From: the human T2T-CHM13v2.0 reference genome, Homo sapiens
Strand: one strand, 5' to 3'
Length of the DNA stretch: 64,000 nt
Assembly: GCF_009914755.1 (NCBI RefSeq)
Contig: NC_060929.1
The stretch's first letter is position 1; each line of letters begins with the position of its first letter. The notes beneath the pieces were generated by a model that had not been told where the DNA came from, ran no database searches, and saw only the letters and a program-made list of their open reading frames with translations. Positions 39,458 through 52,167 of the stretch are shown here, piece after piece. A program made the position numbers and the translations under genes.

Positions 39458-39600
39458 AGAAGGAAAGAAGGAAGGAAGGAAGGGAGAAAAAGAGTTAAAA
39501 AGAAAGAGAAAGGAAGAAAGAAGAAAGAAAAAAGAAAGAAAGAAAGGGAAAGAAAGAAGGAAGGAAGGAAGAAAGAAGAAGGAAGGAAGGAAGGAAGGAA

Positions 39601-39666
<66 letters not shown>

Positions 39667-39762
39667 AAAGAAAGAAAGAAAGAAGAAATGGAAAGAGAGA
39701 GAAAAGGAAAGAAGGAAGGGAGGGAGGGAGGGAGGGAAAGGAGGGAGGGAGGAAGAAAGGGA
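39458..39762. repeat. compound purine-rich STR (GGAA)n/(GAAA)n/(GGGA)n, ~300 bp
   Basis: Read directly from sequence; pure (GAAA)n run at ~39605-39665. Confidence 0.98.
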
Positions 39763-41102
39763 GTAAGTTGGTTGCATCAAAACAATTTAACAGAGTTTAG
39801 AAGCAATTTTTATTTTTCTAAGTTAATTCATCTTCCAACTTAGAATAATTAATGTCTATCATTTACCTTCATTAAAAAAGGGCAATGAGGAGCTATAGAT
39901 AAAATATACACTATACTTCTATATACTCTTGGAATACTCCAACAAAGGTATGGTTTTATTCTCCATTCGCCGTATATAACTTTTGTGTAATTTTATAAAT
40001 ATGAAGAAATGTATCAATGGTGTTTCTATGTTCTCAATGTGGGCAAGTGTCACTCCAGAGTTCCTTCATTTACAGATCTTCATTTTTTTACAGTGCTTTT
40101 TAAAAATGTGCATAAATGTATATCTTTATTTTAATAAAAATCATTTTCTTTAATGTTTTCTATGAGCAAACTTAATTGTAAGACATCTTACTATTTTGGT
40201 GCTATACAGGTCAATTTATACAAAAAACCTCTCACAGGAAACAAAAATTGAGATCATTTTTCATTTGAAAGAATCAGAATTTTAATTTTGAGTTTCTGTA
40301 TAACTTAACTGATGTCATGTGCTAGCCAAGTGGCTCCTACATATTTCATTGTCAAATGTTTCCTTCTGAACCAAATTGGACCCTTCAAACACAAAGAAAT
40401 CCACCATAGAAAAAAAAATCAATTTAAATAACACGGTGATGATGAATGTGTGAGTTCCAACTCTTCTTAGTAAGAACTGACACTCCCATGCTAATCGTAC
40501 TGGAATGAAGTATGTGCAATGTACACCATCACAGGAAAACACATTTTCCCCTACTCAATAATCGTCTATACATTTCAAATGGCTTTAATCTTTTAAACAG
40601 ATTTCCTCTTTCATGACTCTTTAAACTAAGATTATGTTTTCTAGCTAGCTAGCCTTCATTTCATTAAAAAATAAAATTGTTATTTAAAAAATAACCTTGC
40701 TTTTGAGGTTGTGTCACATACTACTCAAATTATGCCCAGGATTCACCAGCCAAAGTGCAAAATTTGAACTATAATTTATTTCTCTGTTTTATCCTCATAG
40801 ATAGACCTGAAGGCTGAAGGAGAATCCACTATCCAAGAAGCATCAGTCCACATAGAAGGGGACCAAAATGTATTCAGAATTTTTCAGAAGACACGTGGTT
40901 AGGTGAAAAATGTATCAAGATAGGTAATCTTTAGCAGCTTGGAAACTGATGTGTGTGTATATACATACATAAAATCTTAAAACTGCTCTCCTTTCAAGTG
41001 AGAAAACTATTTCATTTGTTCTACTTGGAAGTCGCTAAAACAATACACCCAACTCCTTCCGCAGCATTTTAATAGAAAAAAACTTAACTATGAAGGTGAA
41101 TA

Positions 41103-41116
41103 CTGCCATCTTGTGG
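41103..41116 (-). promoter_or_regulatory. candidate CTCF (and overlapping YY1) motif
   Basis: Minus strand CCACAAGATGGCAG versus the CTCF core CCASYAGRKGGCRS (one mismatch); unique sequence. Confidence 0.5.
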
Positions 41117-41895
41117 TTATTGTTAAAGTAACATGTTTTAACTGACAAATGTAATTCACAAAATCATAAGGAATATCACTGCCATTTATCGATTCTTTCC
41201 TGAGTCCCAGGCACCACATTAGGACTCTCCATATGCTATCTTATTTAATACTCAAAACAGGACAAAAAGGGATGTGCCACTTAAATCTCACAGTAAATTA
41301 TGTAATTTTATAATATAAAAATAATTTAGTACATCTACAATCCCATTTTTTAACTTCACAGATAAGAATAACAGAAGTCCTCGTTGTTGAAGGGCTTATA
41401 GTCATTGACTAGTCATTTACCCTAATAGAGCTCACATCTCTTGGTTTCTACTATTGTGCTAAAATATTCCATGCCATTTTGTGTTATACTATTCTGTTAT
41501 ATGTGGACCTCTAATTTAAAACTATAGATGTTATTATTTTCAAGTTCTTTCTATAGAAATAAATAGTATTATTTATTTTTGGAAATTGAATATAGAGTTA
41601 CAATTGCTCTCTTACTGGGGGGAGAAGGGTTTCATTTTTATTACCTAATGCTAGAACAGGCCAAAATGCTACTTTTGATTAGTCAAAGGTCACTGAAAAA
41701 TATCCAGAAGAAAGAACAGATACAGCAGGTCTTCAGACTAATGACAAAGGTTCCAAAAAGAACATAGTAGGAAATTCCATGACTAGAAATATACATTATT
41801 AACAAGCTAATTTTATAAAAATAAGTAATCCAACCTCCATGCCATGGAGCTCATTTTACTGTATCATCTAATTCTAGCAAATCAGTAAGTGATGA

Positions 41896-41923
41896 GCGAG
41901 AGAGACAGAGAGAGAGAGAGAGA
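41896..41923. repeat. (GA)n microsatellite
   Basis: Read directly from sequence. Confidence 0.85.
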
Positions 41924-43406
41924 TACTCATTACAGTCACATCTCCTTTAAAGAGAAAGTAACATTTTCTGGAACTGTTCCTTGTGAACATTTGTTAGATT
42001 TACTCTAAAGACTTCCCAGCAGATGCAGGAAGCAGAATAAGATATTACTTTACTGTGGGAAGTCCTCCATTTCATAGACCCCAATTATAGGTTACTGTTT
42101 TGGAGGCCTCTGCCTTAGATCATGGCAAGGAGCAAAGCCTGAATAAGGATTTCCATTTTTTAAAGCTTGCTTAAGCTTGGAAAAGATAAGATTGGTCAGA
42201 TAAAGCCATTCATCATAATCATTGCTGTTTGGTTATTTCCAGCCTGTTGACAATGTGCAGATCCTATTTTGTGCAAGGAGTAGGAAACAATTGCTACCTT
42301 AGCCCTTGCCCGCGCCTTAACACACAACAGATCTACAGAAACTGAAGAGAACATGCTTCTATAAGCTGATATAAGCAGGAAGGATGGAGCTTTCTGACCT
42401 ATTTTCGTATCATTATTAGGAATCCATACTTTTCACATTTAAATTAGTTTGAATAACATAAAATAAATATTTAAGTTAATAAAGGAATCAATAGGACTGT
42501 ATGTTCTTACTGAAAGAAAAAGAGCAAGAATTATACGGTCACACCCTAATTCTTGCAAGCTAAGATTTGGTTTTTAAGTCAATCTAGTGTTAGAAAAGTA
42601 TACCCTAATGAGCGTTTTAAAATTATTTTTAAAAATGAGTCTAAATATTGTTTAATCTTTTTATATGAAAAACACTTTGAACACCAGGGCAATTTCCAGC
42701 TGAGCAAAATATGATACCATTTTCAGATGTATGCAATACTATATACCATACTAAGATAGATTATTAGTTTGTTTTCATATTTTAAAAACAGACCAAATTT
42801 TTTTAAGTGGCCTTCATTCTTGCATATTTCAAATGCATAACTGAATGTCCAACTCTTCATACTATATACGAGATAAAAATTTTTCATCTTATAGCAAAAA
42901 AAAGTCATTTTATGACTTCTTAAATATCTTAAGTTATATCTAGAGACTAGCACTGCAAGTTAAAAGCTTGCCTTAGAAATCAGGTGTATTCTAGTACTCT
43001 TGGACAACAAGCAAAAGATCATGTGTGCTGCACAAATTAGCTGCTTCCTAGAGGGGGTGAGCAACTCAGTAACAAACTATACTAGGTATAATAGTCTTCG
43101 CAGCCTGAAAGATCTCCTGAGGTCATATCTTCAACATCTGTATGCATGACTTAGCACATGAGCTATTGTTAAAATTGAGATACCAAGCTGGGATATGTAC
43201 AATGACCAAATTAGCACACCACTGTTTCTTGCTATTGTTAAAATTCTACCAGGCTTTCTTCCTCACGAATTATGTTATTAACTCCTTCCACTAACGATAG
43301 CAATTGAATAAAACAGATACATAAGCAAACGGAATCAAATCCAAAAGTCCCATGTAGATTCAAGTTCTCTAAAATAATAGGATACCCATAGAAGACTCTG
43401 GAAATA

Positions 43407-43787
<381 letters not shown>

Positions 43788-46700
43788 CTATCCATTAAGA
43801 AGGTTATAGCTTTATATCCTCAAGAAACTTGAGGATTCTTAATCACCCTTAGGGGAGAAACAGAATGCTCCCCAATTCCTAATTCACTGTAGACTCTGAA
43901 AGAAGAATGAGATGTACAAAAGACTGTAATAGCTCTCTTAAGGGATCTTTCAAGGCCCTTCCAAGTAGAAATATAAACTCTATATGCCCAGCCCTGTAAT
44001 GCTGACAGTGCTTGGGGCAGATTGGAGGCAAGGCAGGAAGTTACTTCACCGCACACATAGGACTGGAATGGCCTCAATGGAATATGGGGCCATTCACAGG
44101 ATCCTCATTCAAGGAACACAAAAGTGTCCTCAGAAATATCACTCTTTCTCTTTGAAGGCCCTGAATTGCCAACATTCTAGATTCACTCATTTCACTTCAA
44201 AGCTGGAATGCTTTGACTGTCAGGAGGTCCTTACTGAAAAGCAGATTATTTTTGTGCAAGGTAAAACCCCTCTACAGTTAACACATAAGTGAAGATTAGT
44301 TGGGCCTTTGCTGAAGAGAATTTGAAGGACAAGATAGTGTCTGGATTACCTAGCAGCAGAATGAGAACAAATGGAGAAAGCCTAAGTTTTATAAAAATTC
44401 AATTTGTCTAGGATCTAGTTTTTGCAGGGGCTGATACTCTGCTTTTATTCAAAATATCTGTTACTGGTGGCTTCTCAGGGATTACAAAACTATGATTTGG
44501 GCCTCTCAAAATAAATATAAAGGCTTTAGGAAATATCTTATCTTCTCCCTAATTGACAGGAACAGGACATGTTCTGCATTTGGATAAACTGCATTCTGAT
44601 ATCTATCATGGAGATTTCTACTAGTCTAGTTTTCAGGAGCATCACAGCGTTGAGATAATTCATTACAAAAGGGAAGCACATCAAAAAGCAAGCAAGAAGT
44701 TAGTGATAAACCTGAGTCTTGTCATTCCTATTGCAAAGCTTTTCACCTCCATTTTATTATGAAATATTTCTTAATATTTGTAGTTTCATTAATCGGTAAA
44801 CCTTCATTGTCTGGGTTAATAGGACATAGCCTACCTGGCTGGATTCTGACTAACTTCTCTGTGTTCTACAACTGTGGGAAGAGATCGTTAACAGAAAGGG
44901 TGCCAGCTGGGAAAGATTATTATAAAAGGAGACACTAAAACATTGCTGCAGACTTCCTCTCTACAAAGCTCAAACTCATGTAGGTGTGTCCCCGCTTCCA
45001 GGGGCAAACCAGTTCCACTATTCTTAACATTTTACCCCCTAGAAAAAAACGCGATATTTACTGAGCCAATTTCAAGAAGGTGATCTAGCCATCCTATCTA
45101 GGGTCCATCATTCTCTCTTAGGGCCCCAACTTGAGAACAACTATTGGTGAATTAAATACTTAAAGGATGAGAGATTGTTCTCATCTGCTTGGAGTATAAA
45201 CTTCTTTAAGATATCAGCATCTCTACACACATTACATTTGCTATCTTACTATTCCCTTTGTGAAGAAGGGAGTCATTGAACAAGTTTCTCTCCTCATAAA
45301 ACTCTTCAATTAGATTTTTGACATTTCAACTTTTTTCATCTGATCCAAGTAAGAAAAAAATGTCAGAACCCCCAAAATATGGGTAGGATTTCTTTCTCTT
45401 CTACTTGGATTAAATGATTTCTACTCTATTTCTAACAGACTGGATCAGTTTATTGCTGTCCCATTTGGTTGCAGATAATCCTGGATTATATTTTTAAAGC
45501 AAAGAAAGAAGACCACAAATATTGGTGTACAATGTGTCACATTTCTGAAACTTTTTAATAGGAGATTTATTGTCTGTTCAAATTTGGGAAAAAATGCTAG
45601 GAACTTCAAAGCTTAAAATGCTTTGTAGATTCTTGCCGAAAGGTAACCAGAAGATAGGTAACAAATACTGAATATTAGATTTAGTTGATAAATGTTTCTT
45701 CAAATAATGTAAAGTGTTTATCAAATTCTTTTCATCCTAGCTATGTAATGCTAAATTTGCAACGTTTGAAGTTGTGGGTTCCTAGTTACTGAAGCAACCA
45801 GTCTGTGGTGCTCAGTTTTGTTTACATTTGGCAAATGGTGTCTTCCTGCTTTCAGGAAAAGAAGGCTTAAGTAGGCTTATGACTACCTAGACATCAAATG
45901 GTTTCTACAGACATCTTCCTTCTTAAATATAAGTTAGATATGTATGTAATAATTAGAAAGTTGAACTAAAATGGTCAGAACAAAATGCAGGAGATACTAG
46001 TCCAATCAACTCTTACATATTTGAAAGCTCTCTTGAGGGGTTCACAAAATCAAAACTGCAACTGAATTCCCACTTCCTTCACATAACACCATCTTGGCTA
46101 TAAAAACTTAGCTTACTTCCAGAAAAGGATGTTTACTGGACCAATCCCAGGAATACACAGTGAGTAAACTCTGAACTTCATTCTCAAGGGTTCTTCAAGC
46201 CCAGAGAGCATGCAAATGAGACTTTTTAAAGTCTAAAATGATTTTAGTTGTTAAAAATGTGTACAGATTCATATAAATATTTAAATTATAATTATAAATA
46301 CATATAGCATTATATTATAATAGTTCCCGATAAAGATTGATAACAATTTTATTTTAAAAATATATTAAACTTTTAATCTCCCATCCTTTAGTTAACTCCT
46401 TTTTTTAAGCATCTGGCAACTTATATGCAGTTTCTGAAAAGAAAACCTAAGATTCAACACCTGTCTATGTAGGTCGGATTGTCTATCCATGGACAAATGG
46501 CATAGCAAAGGAAAACCAAATGAATCTAGACACTGTTAAGGACCAATAAGTCCACCAAGACTAAGGAAAATGCTTGCCACAAGACTTAGCATTCCTTCAT
46601 ACAGTAAAATTTCCCTCATTCAGACTGATATCAAGATGCTTTTAACAATTAAATCAGGAAATTTATGTCTGTGGCAGTTGCAAATATTTCTATCAATCCT

Positions 46701-48650
46701 GACAGAAGAACAGAGGCCTGAGAAAATCTGAAGAAATGAAAAGAACTCAATCAAACATGAATCCAAGAAGCTCTGAGGATTGTGTGAGATTAATTCCAGG
46801 AAGGTGAACAGCAAAATCTAAAATGTCTCTACTCTCAAAGAATTCATGTTCCACCAATGTAATGAATCTTTAAGATGGCCGTCATTTGGATTCAGCCTTA
46901 AGATGAAAAACTATCATGCATCCAAAAAAGGTGTTTTTTTCATTAATCTCACAACAGAACATCAAACAAAGCAATTCAAATGGATCAGCTCCAATTCATC
47001 TGGAGTGGTCAGACTGTGGGAAGGATTTCCAATCACACAGTGAAGACCATAAATAAAAGCTATATCAAAATATGGTGATCTCCTTCCTCCGTACGCCGTC
47101 CTTTCCACCAACTACCTTACCCCATGACCTCAAATAATCACCGAATCTGGGAAACATTAGTAGAGTTGCTCCAGCTGACCTCCATTACTGTCCCCAGTAG
47201 GTGAAGGTAGTCTCTGAGGTAGCGAATGTCAAAGTTTAGTGTGAAGTGTAATGTTCATTTCAGACACAAAAACACTCGGTTAGAAATAAAGAGGCCATTG
47301 ATGGAGAAGTGCATAAATGTCTTACAAGCCTAGAACAATATCCTGGGTGAGGAAGTGATAAATAATAAGTTATTCTGACAACACCTGCTACTCATTAAGT
47401 GACAGAAGCCTCTTGGCCACCATTAATACTTGCAGCATCAGCCAAAGGAAATACAGGGCTTTGTAAAGGAAAAAATGTTTTTAAACGGTGGTGGTAGAAC
47501 TGAGCAGATGTGCATCTATTCGTTGATTACATTATAGTGGGATTTAGTGAATAAAGGTTTAATAATTAAAGCTGAGGCATAAATGACATAGATCAAACAC
47601 AAGGTATCTAAGAAATTAAAGACGTTCAGTTTAACTCAGAAAGACTTTGTTCTAGTACTCACTCTGCAGTTAACACTGTGTAATTAAAAGTTATTTATTG
47701 ACTACTGGGACATTCTTCAGAGTTTCTATAAAATGAGATTTCCTATACATAGTTTTTGGATTTAGGGGTTTAGGGTGAAAATGAAGACTATAAATAGGAG
47801 CCAATCTTTCCTCCACAAAATGGGAAGTTCACTGCTTGAAGAATGTATATTAGCAACATGATGTGGCCCCATAGCCTCTTACAAGGTGCTGTCACTGGGG
47901 AAAGAGAGCAGAGGTGTGGAGATAAGTCCTCTTCATCTTCTCAGACTGAATATGGAAGCTACCCCAAGAATGGTCTCACTGTGCTTGAGAATGAGGACAA
48001 GGGAACCAGCAAAAGTGCAGACCTCTGGGAACACTGAAATTTGCACATTTCTCTCTTTCTAACAGGAATCACTGCTGGAACCCAAAATAAAAAAGCTGCA
48101 TTGGAAAACAGACCCCAGACTGGAGTTCTGTCATCCTTGTGAGGCTACTTCCTTGAGAGTTTGACTCCAACCCTGGATTGAGTCAGAAAAAGAAAAGGAA
48201 ATGTAGTAAATCTGCAGTGAATTAATTTTCTATTCGAAAATCATTTGGCCCAATTTGTCAGAGTCTGACTTTCTTGAAAAAAAAAAATTAGTAGGAGCTT
48301 TAAGTCTTTAGGACCACTAAGGGATAATTTTAATCATTACTGCTGAGCTGCTCTCTGGCTCCAAATCTATCTCTAGTGGCCTTTCAGTGTGACTGACTTC
48401 TTCCCAGTGTCACCATGGGCACTGAAGGAAAGCGATTTGATCACTCACTATTGAAATCTTGATTAAAAGCAAGTGTTCTCTCAGCGTACTTTAGCTCTCT
48501 CTCAAGGATCTGATTTTTTTGTTGTTGTTCTATCTCAACAGCTAAGCTTTAATTCTAACTCCTAAATACAACATTTGCTATTTCCAGTTGCAACCACAAG
48601 ATAGCAGGATAACTTAATTTGAGTTTCAACTGGTGAGGTAATGGATTCTA

Positions 48651-48934
<284 letters not shown>

Positions 48935-50317
48935 TTATAGAAACATGATTATTATGTGGTACAAGATGAAATACAATTAGATAAACTTCATTGTTTAAAA
49001 AATGTTTTTAAAAATACAATGCCTGAATGTATTATTTTATTAATAGTCAATGATAAAGAAATATTAATATATAGAAATTTATAAATTACATAGCAAAGTG
49101 AGTACATTACTAATACAATGATAGCCATTAATATAAAAATCCCTTTTAAGTTGTCAGAGATAAAAATAATATATGTTAATATGTGTGTTTGTTAATAATT
49201 TCTAGCCTTTATTATTGGGAATAAGTGTTGCTGTAAAATTTGTAGCTGAATTATAGAACTGACATTAAAAAGAAGAGAATATTATATTGGTTTTTTTTTA
49301 ATTAACTCTTGAACTGATAAAATGTTCTGTAAGAATATTTGAGCAGAATAAAATGGCTCATCTTAATAGTCATGGATGATTCTTCACAGAGCTAAACTAT
49401 AAACTTGTCTCAAGAATTTCAGCCAGTCCCTGGAGATTTCACAGAGCTTCCTTCACATCTCTCCCTAAGAAGAGAAGCCTGAGAAAACAGATGGGTCTTC
49501 CTCTGTGACTCTGAGATCAGCAGCCCAGCCTCTGGCAACTAATCAAGGGGAAGAATTCCAGGGCCAATGGCCCTTCTGAAAAAAATATTCTGCTTCCTTT
49601 TTCCCAGAACTCAAAGTGAAACTCGAATTTATCGAGTTGGTTATCTTGTATCTCAACAAATCACTAAATGTTTCCCCAGATTTAGTACAAAAGAAGAAAA
49701 GAAAAAGATAGACAAAGATGGGAGAGTGCACATACACTTAGGTAATACGGTCACTCTCAGGAGAAGCCAAATAGCTCATAAGATTATGTTGCAATTATGA
49801 ACTGAAGTAAAATAAGAATAAAATGAAGCAAATTAGCCTTGATTGATATCAACAAAAGTGAAGGTACTAAACTTTATAAGAATGAATAGTCAGTACCACA
49901 GTTGGGGGCTTAAGTATATGAAGTATACAATATGATGGAATATTATGCAAAATATTTTCTCAGCTTAAGGATTTTTGAAAACATTTGCAAGGATGAGCCA
50001 ATATATTTTTTTCTCTACATTAGAAAAAAAAACTCAGTAAATAAGTCCTGGAAAGACTATAACCATCTTTATTTTTATTTCTGTCTCCAGAAAGACTTGA
50101 TCTCCTAAACAATATATAAGAAAAAAGTTTGAGCCTATGACCTGTTTTACAGAATCACAAATGGAAGTAAGGAACCAAAAGATTGTGTTCTACTTTTATC
50201 AAAAATGTCTCCTCTCATTGCATTTTAAATACATTATTCTTCAGACACTAACACAAATTATCTGTCATTTCAACTAGTAATTAGAAAAGAACAGATATTA
50301 TGGTCTCTCTAAAATGC

Positions 50318-50527
50318 TGTGTGTGTGTGTGTGTCTGTGTATGTGCTGAAAAGAACAATATTCATACTTGAAGGAAACTAATTTCATCTTTCTTGCTCTA
50401 AGCTATATAAAAAAGGAAGGAAGAGTTTTGAAGAAAGACAATCTTTTTCTATATTACCTAGAGCAAACGAGATGAAATTAGTTTCCTTCAAGCATAAATA
50501 TTTTTCTTTTCAACACACACACACACA
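50318..50527. repeat. imperfect inverted repeat, ~85-bp arms, ~27-bp spacer, TG/CA ends
   Basis: CTTGAAGGAAACTAATTTCATCT (50367-50389) is the exact reverse complement of 50470-50492; pairing extends on both sides with scattered mismatches. Confidence 0.95.
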
Positions 50528-50579
50528 ATGACAAATCACGTCACAGAAAGACTTTAGGCCAGCTTCTCCTTGCATCGTT

Positions 50580-51550
50580 TTCCCACAGCCATGTTTGTAT
50601 TTTAATCTAAAATCTGATGAACCCCAAATTACACCTCCAGCTCAGACTGCTCTCCTGCAATCATATTTCTATGTTTAGCTGCCTCGTGGATACCTGGAAG
50701 GTCTAGAGGCTCCACAAGTTCAGCCAGTCCAAAGCTTTAAGGAATGAATGAGTACATCTTTTCCTGCCAAAGCATTTTATCTTCATTGTATGTTTTCTTC
50801 ATTAACTCCATTTCCATTCACTTACCAGTCATTCATTCCTTGGGTTCTTTCTCCTCTTCCTCTCTGCCCCTGCATTAAGATGATATCTCTATGCCTATTG
50901 TATTCCATCAAAATTTTAAGTTACCTCTGCTGCTTCCCATTTTGAATCCTTCCATTCTCCTACCAAAGAGGACCTTCAGAAAAGCACATCTAGAACAGTT
51001 ACTCTCTACTTAAAACTCTTAATGGCTTCCGTATAGGAGAAAACCAAAACTTCTTAAGATGGTATACAAAGTCCTCCACACATGCTTACAATTAAGGCTT
51101 CAGGTCTAATTCATTCCCTTAACACTGCCCTTCCTTCTTTATGCATTATTCACCTTGTGTTCTAGACACTCAGAATTACATGTAGCTTTCCTTGTGTCAT
51201 GCTGTTTCACACCTCGAGGCCTCTGCTCAAATTCTTCAGGCTCTTTAGGATTTCATTATTTTTATACTCCTGGATAAACTTCCTTCGAGTACTTTAAGAT
51301 CCAGATTTCCCAGGATTTCTTACTCTACAAAATTGTCCTTAAGTCATCCACTCAGATTTTATTACTCTTTCCTTTGTGCCAGACTGTACCTAGAACACAA
51401 TTTAATATTCAAGCATACATTGTATTTTAAAATAATTTCCAGAATGTCTTACCTGATAGGCCTTGAAAACCGTATAACAGAGAAATGTCTTTGTTTCCCC
51501 TGCGTATTCCCAATACTTAGAGATGGGTGGTATATAAGAAACACTGAAAC
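50580..51550 (+). mobile_element. L2 relic
   Basis: CCTCCAGCTCAGACTGCTCTCCTG, TTAAAACTCTTAATGGCTTCC, ACACCTCGAGGCCTCTGCTCA are L2-like motifs. Confidence 0.6.
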
Positions 51551-51744
51551 AATTTAAATTAAAAAATAGTTAAGAACTGAATAAGATTATATGAGTTTTA
51601 CAATTTGTATGTCATTATTCTAAGTGTTGTGTGGAATATAAATAAAACAGTGTTCTACTCTTCATGAACTAATAGCACATGTTTATAAATAAAAATATAT
51701 AGCAAGATAGAAAGTGACTCTGCTGTGGGAAATTAGAGAGAGGG

Positions 51745-51797
51745 TTTTTTTGTTTGTTCTGTTTTGTTTTTGTTTTTGTTTTTGTTGTTTTGTTTTC
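51745..51797. repeat. (TTTTG)n simple repeat
   Basis: Read directly from sequence. Confidence 0.85.
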
Positions 51798-52167
51798 AAT
51801 CAAAAGGTCTAGAAAGTTTTCATGGAGAAAGAGGAATTAGGGTAGAGATGGGAATTGAGAATCATGAAACCCAAATCTGGACTGAAGTACATGGGCTTTA
51901 CCTGGAATTAATCATGAGCCCTCAAAGTTTCACAGCATGAGAATAAATGTTCAGAGCTAAGCTTCAACATGGTTAATTTGAGAGCAGTAGTTAGGATAAA
52001 TAGAATCAGTGAAGGCTGGAAACAGAGGCCATTTAAATAATTATTATAATTAATCATTATTATTAATTGTTAATAATTATTGTATATTTAATTATTTGAT
52101 TATAATTATTCAAACTGTTCTAAAGGACTTGATATTTGAATCTCAGAAATGGGGTTGGAGAGTTCTC

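Noticed and set aside
39420-39800. 126-aa K/E/R-rich ORF and its 113-aa antisense ORF
   Set aside because: Translation of a GAAA/GGAA microsatellite that lacks stop codons.
47759-47777. TTTAGGGG TTTAGGG telomere-like motif
   Set aside because: Two imperfect units only; expected by chance.
52036-52110. AT-only self-complementary stretch
   Set aside because: Low-complexity (AAT/ATT) expansion; the pairing follows trivially from composition.
52134-52146. TTTGAATCTCAGA vs TTTGATTCTCAGA (52904-52916) as TSD of the GC-rich insert
   Set aside because: It does not abut the L1 5' start or the A-tail, and the intervening GGGGTTGGAGAG looks like host L2. Not accepted as a proven TSD.
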